Source: an uncultured Gammaproteobacteria bacterium | GTDB taxonomy: Bacteria; Pseudomonadota; Gammaproteobacteria; UBA9214 | DNA: 64,000 bases | Assembly: GCA_963773065.1 (NCBI GenBank) | Contig: CAVYZN010000011.1 | Coordinates: forward strand, 128,001-192,000 | Direction of reading: 5' to 3' | In this document: piece after piece, positions 10,450 to 21,594 of the stretch | How positions within the stretch are numbered: position 1 is the first letter of the stretch | Layout of the letters: every line of letters starts with the position of its first letter | The notes under the pieces: generated by a model | Told to the model about the DNA's origin: nothing | Databases searched by the model: none | What the model saw: the letters and a program-made list of their open reading frames with translations, nothing else | Program-made: the position numbers and the translations under genes

Positions 10450-10612
10450 TGACATTTGTGACATGACGGACAGACAAATTTGTCATGTTTTCAGAGGCCG
10501 TGTCCCTACGACCCGACGCTGGGCGTCAATGAGATGTCGTCAACATTGCTTGTTTTTACAGGTTGTTAGCCTGCCGGGAAAGACCATGGTCTTTTTCGGC
10601 ACAGATGTTGCT
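10450..10612 (+). promoter_or_regulatory. Enhancer pair + IHF-like site + sigma54 promoter of cytochrome A
   Basis: TGACATTTGTGACA (10450), AGACAAATTTGTCA (10472), TTACAGGTTGTTA (10556), CGGCACAGATGTTGCT (10597-10612). Confidence 0.78.
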
Positions 10613-10746
10613 GTATAGATGACAGGCCATTCACTGCTTGGGTGATTTCGAGCAGGCGAGGGCATACACCGGGTTGCACAAACAGTTGCGCATATTCTAA
10701 TCAGTGTGGAACGTCAAGGCAGACGTTTTTTATGAGGGGAGAAATA

Positions 10747-13700
10747 ATGAAAACGCCATCAGGTAGCCGTAGGTTTTTAACTCGTCTTGTGTTCTCCGTA
10801 TTTTCCGGAATCGCGTTGGCGGTCTTTGCCGTGACGGCGGACGCCGCTCTCGCCGCTCCCGCCGCTCCCGGCGGCGGCAACAAGTTCACCTGCTCGATCG
10901 CGAATCCCGGTGCGGTCACCGCCGGCCAATCGAAGACCTTCACCGGAACCGTGAACGGTGGCAAGTCGCCGTACACTGTCAAATGGACCTTCCCGAATGC
11001 AACGCCGGGGACGGTGACCACGCCGAACGTGCAGCCGGGCAACACCACGGCCGCCACGACCTTTAATCAGAATGCGGCTGGATCGCAGACCGTCTCCATG
11101 ACCGCCACGGGAGCGGCTGGCAGCAACCCCAAGACCTGCAGCGCCAGTTTGCAGGTGACAGTCTTGGCGTCTGTCGGCGGCACTCCCACGGCGCGCGGTG
11201 ACACCTACGGGACGCCGGCAGGGAAAACGCTGACGGTGCAGCTCTCCCGCGTCTCCGGCGTGCTCTACAACGACTTCGACACCAATGTGGCGACCGGCAA
11301 TCCGATTGGCAATGCGGGTCTCACGGCCGTTCTGGTGACTGGCCCCACCCACGGTTCCCTGAGCCTGAATGCCAACGGCTCGTTTACCTATACCCCCAAT
11401 GGCGATCAGGGCGACAACGACAACGACGGCTTCACCTACAAGGCCAAGGATGCCGATGGCTACTTTTCGAACGTGGCGACGGTGAATATCCACATCGAGT
11501 CCGACCAGCCGGATTTCAAGATCATGATGAACTACGAGCTCGGCATGCACTGCACCGGCTTCGAGTTCTCCTACTGCTGCGTGCTGCCACCCTACAACTC
11601 GATCCTGGCGCAGGTGGTGAAGCCCCAGACACCCGGTGCGCCGACTACCAATGCGGACTATCCGCGGCTGCTCACGGCCGACCCGAACAACGGCCTCGAT
11701 GCGCTGGGCCGCGAGACGGTGCTGCGCGATTACGACAGCGCCGGGAACATCCACAAGTACTACCTGGAGTATTTCCACGACGCCCAGCCGCGCCGTGAAG
11801 GCAATATGCCCGGCTTCTTCAACGATCAGACCTCGACGCTCATCAGCGCCATCGAGGGCAACTCGATGCTCTACTGGAATACCCCGTATGATTCGGCGAA
11901 GGTGGATGGCTCCGGCAAGCTGGTCAAAGGAGACTATGCCGGAGTCCACAACGTGGTCCTGGGTGACGGCGATTACACCGACAACACCGACAACTTCGCC
12001 AACGGCTGGTTGAATCACTTCTACATCTACGCCGACCTCGAGGGGAGCAATCCCGCTCACACCAGCCTGGAGGCCGAACAAGATCCGTCTCGGTGTCGCC
12101 GGCATGGTCGAGTATCCGGCCGATTCCGGCGCCGCCCTGCAGCCCATGGGACCGACCGGCAACGGTACGCCCTTCGACAACGTGCTGACCTTCTCCGGCG
12201 ACACCGGCACGGTGGTCTACACCCAGATGAAGGTGCTGGAGAACCTGCCGATCATGCTGACCGCGCCGCGGATCTGGGAAGCCCTCGGCATGCCGCTCAC
12301 CCCGTTCGAGGACTCGATCAACTTTCTTCGCCGACCCGGGCAAGGTGGACGAGGACTCGATCCGTCCCTATGTGGCGATGAAGGCGCAACTGTTCGACGC
12401 CGACTGTGTCGAAGGCACCGGTGTATGCACCAAGGGTGCCGCGGTGGTCGGCAGCAACGGCCAAGCCGGTGATCGGCTTCGGCTCCGCCCCCATCGACAT
12501 CCCGAACTGCGAGCGCTGCCACTCGGTGCCGGCGTTTAAGGCCGATGGGGTCACGCCGAATGTCAACAGCCCGAGCTACGTGCGCCGCCAGAACGGGCCC
12601 AAGCCCTACTACGGACCGGGGGGCGAGACCCTCGAGGCGATGGAAGACCTGGAGAAAAACTTCTGGAAGGCTTACTACGATCTGGATCCCGCCGCAGGGT
12701 GACACGGACTGGTACCCGCGGCTCAAGGGTGCGGCCATCAGCATCGAGGTCATGCACGACTACGACGTGGGCACCAACTTCACCGCCAACTATCCGGTGA
12801 CCAGCGGCAATCCCCTGGGCCTGCCGCCCTCCAAGGCCGCCATCGTTCAGAACACCCGCATGGGTCATGAGTCGGTCATCTGCCAGAAGTGCCACGCCGA
12901 CAACGTCATCGCCGTGGTCAAGTCGGCCTGCAAGAGCGGCTACTAACCCCTGCCCGCAGGCTTCGCTCGTTCCGCCCATCTCGGAGGCGATACACAACAC
13001 CCACAAGAGCGTGAGCGAAGGCGGCAAGATCGTCCTGAATGACGGCCTGGGGCGTGACGGCGGCTGTCAGGGCTGCCATCCGGCGCACCGCTCCGACGGC
13101 ACAATGGACGGCTATCCCATCACCAAGGGCGGCGACAGCGGCAATCCCACTGGCGACAACCGCCTGAACCAGGGCGGCTGCTTCGTCGGACGCGACGTGC
13201 ACTCCAACCCCTTGAAGGACGTGGACGGGGCGGAGACGCCGGCGCACCTCAACGCGGTCGGGCAGTGGCTGGCGGACAACGTCTTCTACAACCAGGGGGG
13301 AAGCCTGGCAGTACGGGTACGCCCACCCGAGGCATCTGGTGCACCAACTGCCATACCCAACTGAGTCAGGAGATCTGGCGCACGGAGGACTGCAATGACC
13401 TGATCCACGGTAATTGCCTGGTCAACCCGCGCGGGCAGGCGACACTGGCGGGAGTGGCATCGGCGGTGGGCGTGAGCCTCAGTCAGGCGATTGCCTGGCT
13501 GGATCCGAACAAAGTGGTCCCAAGGCGCGAGGGTCTCCATGGCACCGGGCTGGCTGATTCCACCCATGCCATCTGGAATGGAAATACGAACTACCCGGAT
13601 GCCAACGTGGCGACCATCGAGGTTAGCGGGAGCGGGCCGGTGGTGACGACGGATGCGGACGGTGACCCGAGCGTCAACATCCTCTCCTTCTGCACCACCG

Positions 13701-14626
13701 CGGATTGCGTCAGCAAGATCAACGCCAACAAGAGCAACCAGAGCCTGTGGCGCTACCCCGCCAATCCGTTCATCAACACGGCGAACACGGCCGTGGCGGT
13801 GCCCTTCAGCGCCGCCGACGATGCCCGTGACCATTGGCTGGCGGCCGGCGAGCCCCACTGCGCGGACTGCCATACGGCGCCCTACGTGGAGCAAAGCGGC
13901 AACATCACGGCCTTCCCGCCCTTCAATTACCCGGCGAAGGCGAGCCTGATGCGTTACACCCGCGGCCACCAGGACCTCAGTTGCCAGGCCTGTCACGAAT
14001 CGATCCACGGTCTCTATCCGGTGAGCCCGTCGATCGATACCACGACCTACGCCCAGGCGGCGGCGCTGAACAAGGACGGCTCGCACGGTCCGCTGAAGTG
14101 CGGCACCTGCCACACCGTCAATGGGCAAGGCATCCCCACCTGGATCGGTGTTTTGGGTGGCGGGGCGATCCTGCCGCAGGTCAGTAACTTCGACGCTGCC
14201 GTGGGTTGGGCGCATACCTATACGGCCGAGGCCAATGTGCTCAACACGACCTGCCAGAACTGCCACGGTGTGAACGGTGTCTTCGGCGCCGGCGCTATCA
14301 ACACCAACAGCACGCCGGCGCAGTGGACCTTGGTCGCAAGCCACGCGGAGGGTTTCCTGGCGCATGCCATGAACGGGTTCACCTCGCGGCAGATGATGGA
14401 CAAGGCCGAGGTTCTCGTGAACGGGGCTGTCTATGGATCGCCATCACACGGTTCGGACGGCGTCTGCCTGGGTTGTCACACAGACAACAGTCCTGCGCTG
14501 AATACCGAGGGTTGCGACCTGGACAGCGAACCCACATGGTTCCAGCACCTGACCCAGGGACGCGTCGCCGAATCGGTGTGGGAGGATGTCTCCCAGTTCC
14601 AGACGGGTACACGCTGCGGCTGGTAA
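10747..14626 (+). CDS. Giant secreted nonaheme cytochrome c A with PKD/Ig and Big_9-like domains (~1290 aa reconstructed, at least 6 frameshifts)
   Basis: Signal peptide; GVLYND..LTAVLVTGPTHGSLSLNANGSFTYTP repeat; CERCH, CQKCH, CQGCH, CTNCH, CADCH, CQACH, CGTCH, CQNCH, CLGCH; colinear with paralogue at 21.6-25.7 kb. Confidence 0.85.
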
Positions 14627-14673
14627 CTGCCACGGTTGCGCCCGTTCGGGGTAGTGAACGGGCGCGTCAATCG

Positions 14674-14706
14674 ATGGAGGGGAAACCTGTTTCCCCTCCA
14701 TTTTTT
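14674..14706 (+). terminator. Rho-independent terminator after cytochrome A
   Basis: ATGGAGGGGAA-ACCTGT-TTCCCCTCCAT + T-tract, preceded by GC hairpin 14638-14665. Confidence 0.85.
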
Positions 14707-14725
14707 CTGACAGTCCCCGGATGCT

Positions 14726-14890
14726 TAAGGAACATCTCAACATGTCATCCCCGCGCAAGCGGGGATCCAGTAGTAATAACCCAAGCAATGGCTCGACAAC
14801 CTGGATGATTCGCTTCGCTCACCCTTCGGGCCGCCCTCCGGGCGTTCAACGCGCTACGCGCTTTTGTCCCGCTTTCGCGGGAATGACAAC
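14726..14890. repeat. REP/MITE doublet with nested second repeat
   Basis: GTCATCCCCGCGCAAGCGGGGATCC ... TCCCGCTTTCGCGGGAATGAC; right arm interrupted by GATTCGCTTCGCTCACCCTTCGGG...CGCGCTTTTG. Confidence 0.75.
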
Positions 14891-14964
14891 TGTCAGCGAC
14901 GGTTGTCACTTGTAAGCCAGTTTCAATAAATTGAAATTCAGCAATCCTAATGAGGGTAACAATA

Positions 14965-16470
14965 ATGAAGGTAACAATAACGAAAGTTTTGCATGCGTTT
15001 ACGATCGCTCTGCTCATGCTCCCGGTTTGCGCGACCGGCTCTCTGGCCCGCGCCGCCGACACGCCGCCCAAGGCCGAGGCCGTCGATGACGTGATCGCGA
15101 AAGTGGGTGACCAGACCATCACCTTCAGCGAGATCAACGTCGCGCTCAACAGCTCGGCGATCGTCGGCGTATCCATCCCGGCACTGGGCACACCGGAGCG
15201 GGACACGGCGCGAATTGTGCTGCTGGACCGGTTCGTCAGCGCCAACCTGCTGTATCTCGATGCCCTCAAGCAGGGCGTCGACAAGGACCCGGGCTACCAG
15301 AAGGCGATCACCCGCTTCTCCAATGCGATCCTCGCCGGACTCTATCGGCAGCGCATCCAGGCGGGCGAGATTCCGATCACCGAAGAGGAAATCCAGGCCT
15401 ACTACAAACAGAACATTGCGCCGGGAACGGAACTGACCGATGACGTTCGCCTGCAGATCGAGGCGACGCTGCGCCGGCAGAAGCTCCATGAGCGGCTGGC
15501 CACGGCCCAGAAGACCCTGCGGGATGACGTAAAGGTGGTCGTGCACCCGGAAAACCTGGCGATCAAGGATGACGAGAAGCGCGCGGACGGCACGGCGCTC
15601 GCCGAGGTCGGTACGGAGACCATCACCTGGGGTCAGGTCAATGACAGGATCATTGCCGCCGGCAAGGGGGCGACCATGGAGACCCCGCCGGCCTCGGAGG
15701 ACCAGGCGCGCCGCGATGCCCTGGAACGCGAGATCGACCTGCGCATCATGGTGCAAAAGGCCAAGGCGGCGGGGGTCGAGGAGGACCCGCTGTATAAAAG
15801 TCGGATGAAGGAATTCCAGAAAACGCTGCTGACCAATACGTATCGCGAGAAACTGGCGAAGGGCATGGAGCCTTCGGACCAGGACCTCAAGGCCTATTAC
15901 GAGGCGAACCGCAATCGCTTCGTGGTGCCGGAGTCCCGCAAGGTGCAGATGGTCATCGTCAAGACCAAAGAGGAGGCCGATGACCTCAAGGGCAAGATCG
16001 AAGCGCATAAGATGACCATGTACCAGGCGGCACAGGATCATTCCATCGCCGCGAAGGCCAAGCAGGATCTGGGAGAGGTCGGCTGGATCAACAAGGGCGA
16101 GGTGGTGCCGGCCCTGGATGAGGTGATCTTCTCGCTGGGGCCCGGGGATATCGGAGGTCCGGTAGAGACGCCGGCCGGCTGGCACCTGGTGACAGTGGCT
16201 GAGGTGAAAGAGGCCAAGTTTACGGACTTCGCCGATGAGGCGACGCGCAAGCTCACCCGGCGCAAGTACCTGCACGAGAAACTGGATGCGTATACGGCGG
16301 AACTGCGCCTGCACCAGTTTCCGGTGGAGGTCTACCAGGACCGGCTGGTGCAGCTCGAGCAGCAGGAGGCGGACATGGTGAAGTCGCTGGCGCAGAAGGC
16401 GCAGCAGCCGGGATCGGTGACGCAGAAGCGCATCGAGGAATTGCAAAAGCTGATGAAACCGCCGAAGTGA
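14965..16470 (+). CDS. Secreted SurA/PrsA-like parvulin (PpiC) peptidyl-prolyl isomerase, foldase 1
   Basis: Signal peptide, VIAKVGDQTITFSEI, AAQDHSIA..KQDLGEVGWI...IGGPVETPAGWHLV. Confidence 0.85.
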   Translation: MKVTITKVLHAFTIALLMLPVCATGSLARAADTPPKAEAVDDVIAKVGDQTITFSEINVALNSSAIVGVSIPALGTPERDTARIVLLDRFVSANLLYLDALKQGVDKDPGYQKAITRFSNAILAGLYRQRIQAGEIPITEEEIQAYYKQNIAPGTELTDDVRLQIEATLRRQKLHERLATAQKTLRDDVKVVVHPENLAIKDDEKRADGTALAEVGTETITWGQVNDRIIAAGKGATMETPPASEDQARRDALEREIDLRIMVQKAKAAGVEEDPLYKSRMKEFQKTLLTNTYREKLAKGMEPSDQDLKAYYEANRNRFVVPESRKVQMVIVKTKEEADDLKGKIEAHKMTMYQAAQDHSIAAKAKQDLGEVGWINKGEVVPALDEVIFSLGPGDIGGPVETPAGWHLVTVAEVKEAKFTDFADEATRKLTRRKYLHEKLDAYTAELRLHQFPVEVYQDRLVQLEQQEADMVKSLAQKAQQPGSVTQKRIEELQKLMKPPK

Positions 16471-16515
16471 GCGGAGCATTTTTCCACGGCGGCGCTGACA
16501 GCGACCGCCGGTTAC

Positions 16516-16677
16516 TGACAGATATGACATGACAGAAGGACAAAACTGTCAGGGTTCGGAAGGCCGTAATCCAGGGATGGGCTGCCGGCATGAGGCTAAT
16601 GGAGATGCCAATGTCTGGTTTTACAGTGTGTTAAGGCGCCACACGACGGATGCAGCCAATATGGCATATCTATTGCT
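16516..16677 (+). promoter_or_regulatory. Enhancer pair + IHF-like site + sigma54 promoter of cytochrome B
   Basis: TGACAGATATGACA (16516), GGACAAAACTGTCA (16538), TTACAGTGTGTTA (16621), TGGCATATCTATTGCT (16662-16677). Confidence 0.8.
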
Positions 16678-16766
16678 CATTACATATTGGGGTAGATCGT
16701 CGTGATCGACGTTTATCTGGTGGTTGTTCTCAAAATCCAATAACTCGTTAAGGAGGGGGATATATC

Positions 16767-19678
16767 ATGAATCCGACGGTTAGTAAGGGCGTCATCGCCA
16801 AAACCATCCCAGGTGGATGGTCATTCGTATTCTATTCGCTCGCCTTGATGGCGGCGATTGTGCTTGCCTCTCCCTATGCGCATGCCGCGCCCGGGCCGTT
16901 CATCAAGCTCTCCGGCAAGGTGACCAACAGCCTGACGCATGTCGGGGTGGCGGGCGCCACCGTTAAGCTTACCGCGACCGGGACGACGATCACCATGGTC
17001 ACCGATGCGGCCGGGAACTACGTCAACAACAAGGTCCAGGTGGGCAGCTACACGATGAACACCAGCGCCACCAACTTCACCCGTCAATCCCAGTCGGTCA
17101 GCCTCCTCAAGGGTCCGAAGCCGTGGTGAACGTGGCATTGGTGCCGGTGGCCAAGGTGATCGTGACGGCGAGCGTCGGCGGTACCAAGGTACCGGGCGCG
17201 GCGCTGCCCGCGACGGGTAGTTACATCATCATGGATGGATCGACCTTTATCAGCACCACCTGGAGCCAGACTCCGGGCGAGGGTGTGACGGCCACGATCA
17301 GCAACCCGGCAATCACGAACCCCACGATAACCCTGGGCACTGCCACCGCGTACGCGTCGGAACTCATCGAGGTGCTCCAGTCGCCCCCGATCAGCGAAGC
17401 CGACCTGCCGCCGGACATCAAGCTGCAGCCGTACAACGAGCACGAGAAGGGCCTGCAGGACCGCAACCAGGTGGTGGCGATCAATCCCTTCGCCTCCGAG
17501 AAGACGGAGACAGTCCCCTTGACCTTCGCGGTCAAGACGTCCTCCGGGACCTACAAGGCCAGCGTGAACCTGGTCACACAGATCCCCTGGGTGATCAACC
17601 CCGGTGTAAAGACCGTTCCGGTCAACGTGCCGGTGCTGGCACTGGCCAAGTGCGGCCAGTCGATTGTTAACGGAGAGTGGACGCCGTGTACCGTGACCAG
17701 TTTTTCCTGGACGATAGACTCAAAGCCCGGTGGTTCCACCGCGGCCTTGACCAACGCTACCAGCCGGACTCCGTGGTTCACGCCCGATAAAACGGGCACC
17801 TACGTGCTGAAGGAGGCAAACACGAACTTGTGCACCGCTCCTGCAGCCAAGGTAGGACTATCATGCACAGCTAATGCGGATTGCGATGTCCCCGCGGGTT
17901 CGGGTAATGGTAGTGGCGTTTGCGATGCGGATGTACTGCTGGATGTCCATGCCGGCCGTTATCACGGCGTGATCGACCCTGTTCTGACTTTGAATGACCT
18001 GTTATACGGGGACGGACACGGTGACGGTCGCCCTGAGACTGGCGATGAATGCCTCGGTTGCCACGATGACTCGACGGCGCCCGACGAGTTCACCCCCTGG
18101 CGCCAGACCGGTCATGCCGAGGCCTTTACCCAGGGCATCACCACCAACGCCCATTTCGGCACGTCCTGCTTTGCCTGCCACACCGTCGGCTTTGACCGGG
18201 ACAACGCCGGCGGCATCGACGACTCGCCCAGCTACACGGCCTTCCTGAATCTCCTGAGCAGCTCCCAGGCCGGCGGCAGTCCCATTGCGGACAACTGGAC
18301 GACCATGCTGGAGGATATGCCGGACACGGCACGGCTTACCAATATTCAGTGCGAGAACTGCCATGGCCCGCAGGACTATACCGAGGCCCACAAGGACCAG
18401 CCGGGCGCCCCGCGCGTCAGCCTCGGCGCGGAAGTCTGCGGGTCCTGCCACGGCGAGCCGGCGCGTCACGGCCGCTTCCAGCAGTGGCAGCTCAGCAGCC
18501 ATGCCGACTACGATCTCGCGCGCGACCGCGGAGCGCCGAGCGGCACCACGGCCGGCAGCACCACCAATTGTGCGCGCTGTCACTCGGGCAACGGCTTCAT
18601 TCAGTGGAGCGACCACGCTTTCGATCCGGCCTACCTGCTCACCGTGACCTGGGACAAGGATACCGTCGTGCCGCAGGTATGCGCGGCCTGTCACGAGCCG
18701 CATGACACCGGCACCACCAGCGGGGGACCCGAGACCAACGCCAAGGTGCGTCTCATGGGGGACACCAACACGCTGCTCGCCGGTTTCGTGGCTCAGGATG
18801 TCGGCAAGGCCGCGACCTGCATGTCCTGCCACAATTCCCGTGGCGGCTTCCAGTACCCGACACCCACCCCAAGCACCGACCCCTGGTATGGGCGCAACGA
18901 CGCGACCTGGAGCTTGCAGACCACCTCCCAGAAGACGGGTACACCGCACCACGGCGTGCAGGCCGACCTGCTCATGGGTCAGAACGCCTACTTCTTCACG
19001 CCGAGTGAACTCGTGCGCGGCAAGCATTCGCTGATCCCGGATGTCTGCATCACCTGTCACATGGAGAAGACGCTGCCGCCCGCCATCCTGTCGTATCAGC
19101 AGACGGGCACCAACCATACCTTTGCGGCGGACCCGAACGTCTGCAGTCAGTGCCATGGTGCCGGCGTCACGGCGGCTAACACCAACACCATCATCGTGGG
19201 TTACATGGGCGACCTGGCGACCGCGCAGGGAGGCGCCTACAAGCGGATGATGGTGCAACACTATCCCGTCACGCTAGCCGCCGCGAGGGTGCATCTGACG
19301 CGGGCTGCACGGGCGGGGCCGGCGGCGTGACCGGTCAATGGTACCACCCTCACGATCACGAACGTCGAGTGGGTCTATTCCAACCGGGTCAGAGTGACGA
19401 CGTCGGACGGCACTTGCAGGAACGTCGGGACAACGGGGACCTCGGGCATCAACGTGCATATCACGGTGAGTGCTGTGGAGACTCCCCTCCAGAACTTCGC
19501 CCTTACCGCGCCAACGAAAACATCTGGAAGGCCGTGTGGAACTACGGGCTCCTTGCGGAAGACTCGGCCGGGAGAACCGACCATCCCGGCGCCCGGGGTG
19601 TCCATAATCCGGACTTCTCCATCAAGGCTCTGACCCGCGCCACGACGGCGGTTCAAGGTGTTGCGTTCGAGTCCGTAA
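16767..19678 (+). CDS. Large secreted nonaheme cytochrome c B with carboxypeptidase-regulatory-like and PKD-like domains (~970 aa reconstructed; end inferred)
   Basis: Signal peptide; SGKVTNS..GVAGATVKL..TDAAGNY; CLGCH, CFACH, CENCH, CGSCH, CARCH, CAACH, CMSCH, CITCH, CSQCH; C-terminal GARGVHNPDFSIKAL; joins ORFs 16767, 17123, 19394, 19327. Confidence 0.82.
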
Positions 19679-19684
19679 CTCAAT

Positions 19685-19758
19685 GTCGCCACCGCGCCCG
19701 CCAGGGCGCGGTGGCGAACCTTCCCTCAAGGGGTACCCGTCCGGTACCCCTTTTTTTT
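19685..19758 (+). terminator. GC hairpin plus Rho-independent terminator after cytochrome B
   Basis: TCGCCACCGCGCCC-GCCA-GGGCGCGGTGGCGA; AAGGGGTACC-CGTCC-GGTACCCCTT + T-tract. Confidence 0.8.
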
Positions 19759-19763
19759 GAAAG

Positions 19764-20657
19764 AAAAGGGGACATTCTGGTTTTTTAACTACCGTCTATG
19801 AGGCTGTCTACCATGAAGTGGTCAGAGAATCGACGATGAATTTCTGAAACTCACGGAATGCCATAAATTGGCCTCATTCCCGCAAGACTAAGTGCAGTCC
19901 CCGTCGTCCACGCTATTGGCAATTGTGTCAGCATCAGGAGTTGACGGTGTTGTCAGGCTTGCGTAAGGTTCCGGCATGCCAAGGACGGCACGCGCTTCGG
20001 TCGGGGGGCTGTGTTACCACGTAATCAATCGTGGCAATGCACGAGCTCCTGTGTTCCACGACTCGTCTGACTATCAGGCGTTTGTTCGTCTGATCGGTGA
20101 AGCCTGCACGCGCTTGTCATTGGATGTGCTGGCCGCCTGCCTGATGCCTAATCATATCCATCTCGTTTTGCGGCCCTATAGCGACGGGGACCTAAGCCGG
20201 TGGATGCAGTGGTTGTTGACCGCCCATGTTCGCCGTTATCACCGCCGCTACGGATCGAGCGGTCATGTGTGGCAGGGGCGTTTCAAGGCATTTCCAATTC
20301 AACACGATGCGCATCTGCTGCAGGTTATGCGCTATGTGGAGCGAAACGCATTGCGGGCAAATCTGGTTGTTCGCGCCGAAGACTGGCGATGGGGAAGTCT
20401 TGCCTGGAGGTGCGCCGGGCGCCCTGCGTCGCTTTTGGCATTGCCGCCGGTATCGCTTCCTGACGACTGGTTGGTTCGAGTCAACGCGCCGGAATCCGAA
20501 GTTGAGCTGGCGGCGTTGCGTCGAAGTGTCAACCGTGGCGCCCCGTTCGGGGATGCTGCCTGGGTTGAAGAAACGGCCATAGACCTGGGGCTGGAATCCA
20601 GTGTACGGCCTCATGGGCGTCCACGTAAGAGCAGGGAAAAGTAGAATGTCCCCTTTT
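19764..20657 (+). mobile_element. RAYT/Y1 tyrosine transposase element bounded by perfect 15-bp inverted repeats
   Basis: AAAAGGGGACATTCT (19764-19778) and AGAATGTCCCCTTTT (20643-20657). Confidence 0.75.
19976..20644 (+). CDS. REP-associated tyrosine transposase (Y1_Tnp, HUH)
   Basis: MPRTAR...YHVINRGN, CLMPNHIHL (HUH), GHVWQGRFKA, RYVERN, GRPRK tail. Confidence 0.92.
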   Translation: MPRTARASVGGLCYHVINRGNARAPVFHDSSDYQAFVRLIGEACTRLSLDVLAACLMPNHIHLVLRPYSDGDLSRWMQWLLTAHVRRYHRRYGSSGHVWQGRFKAFPIQHDAHLLQVMRYVERNALRANLVVRAEDWRWGSLAWRCAGRPASLLALPPVSLPDDWLVRVNAPESEVELAALRRSVNRGAPFGDAAWVEETAIDLGLESSVRPHGRPRKSREK

Positions 20658-21170
20658 TACTTGCCGATCAGTTTCTCGATGGCTTGTATCATGTCCGGGT
20701 CATCCCAGTCGCGCGGGCCGTAGGCCACATGACTGAACGCGGCCTTGCGGATCGATCAGGAAACTGGTCGGATAGATATCGATCCCCCAGTCGGAGGCGG
20801 TCTGGCCGTCGCGGTCCAGCAGCAGGGGAAAATGAACCTGCACCTTGGCGGCGAACTTCCACACCGTGCCGGGTGACTCCTCGACATTGACGGCGAGGAG
20901 GGTAAAGGGCTTCCCGGCCATGGCCTCCTGCAGGCGTTGCATGCTGGGCATCTCGATCACGCAGGGCGCGCACCAACTGGCCCAGAAGTTCACCAGCACC
21001 ACCCGGCCGCGATAGTCCTGCAGCGAGTGGGCCTTGTGTCCCAGATCCTCCAGTGACAGCGCGGGTGTCTGACCGAAGCCCTGGTAGGGATCCAGTTGAC
21101 CCGCCGCCGGGCAGGACAGGTATAAGAGCATCAGCAGGCCAGTGAAGTATTTGATCATGACGTGCAGCAT
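20657..21170 (-). CDS. TlpA/ResA-family thiol-disulfide oxidoreductase; frameshift near 3' end
   Basis: Signal/TM, GRVVLVNFWASWCAPCVIEMPSM, YPTSFLID; C-terminus AYGPRDWDDPDMIQAIEKLIGK in adjacent frame. Confidence 0.88.
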
Positions 21171-21322
21171 ACCCACAATCATCACGTACTGCCACGCGGC
21201 TGGATACGACGGCGTACCGCGCCGGCCGTATGGGCGGTGGTGGTTGTCGCCTGCCGGGCCGCAATACGGGAACACCCCACCAAACCCCGGATTTCCCCTG
21301 TGCAATATCCGGGCAACCTGTC

Positions 21323-21459
21323 AGACAAATCTGACAACGGTCCTGACATATGTGGCAGACCACCATGACAGAACTGTCAGCCGGGGTGTTCGTTAATATG
21401 CTTATAAAAGGTAAGTACAACTACTTAGCGACGTGTCCGGCACTGGCATAACAATTGCT
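21323..21459 (+). promoter_or_regulatory. Three enhancers + IHF-like site + sigma54 promoter of cytochrome C
   Basis: AGACAAATCTGACA (21323), TGACATATGTGGCA (21344), TGACAGAACTGTCA (21366), GTACAACTACTTA (21415), TGGCATAACAATTGCT (21444-21459). Confidence 0.8.
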
Positions 21460-21594
21460 CTTACTTCTGGTTCACAGCGCCGTTGCCGCGCCGTGATGGG
21501 AGTGACAGGGAGTTCCGTGTTTGCAGTACTTGACCTCTGCCGCAAGGGTGGAAGTTCATTTCATTAGACATAAACCACTGAGGGGAACAATGGC

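Noticed and set aside
10747-10850. Tat signal (SRRFL) in cytochrome A
   Set aside because: Spacing does not fit S-R-R-x-F-L-K, and Ccm substrates are normally Sec-exported unfolded.
14590-14626. C-terminal Trp as outer-membrane beta-barrel signal
   Set aside because: No alternating amphipathic strands; the region is heme-binding or helical.
14950-14979. 15-nt imperfect tandem duplication at the foldase 1 start
   Set aside because: Real but minor; it only makes the start codon ambiguous (14950 versus 14965).
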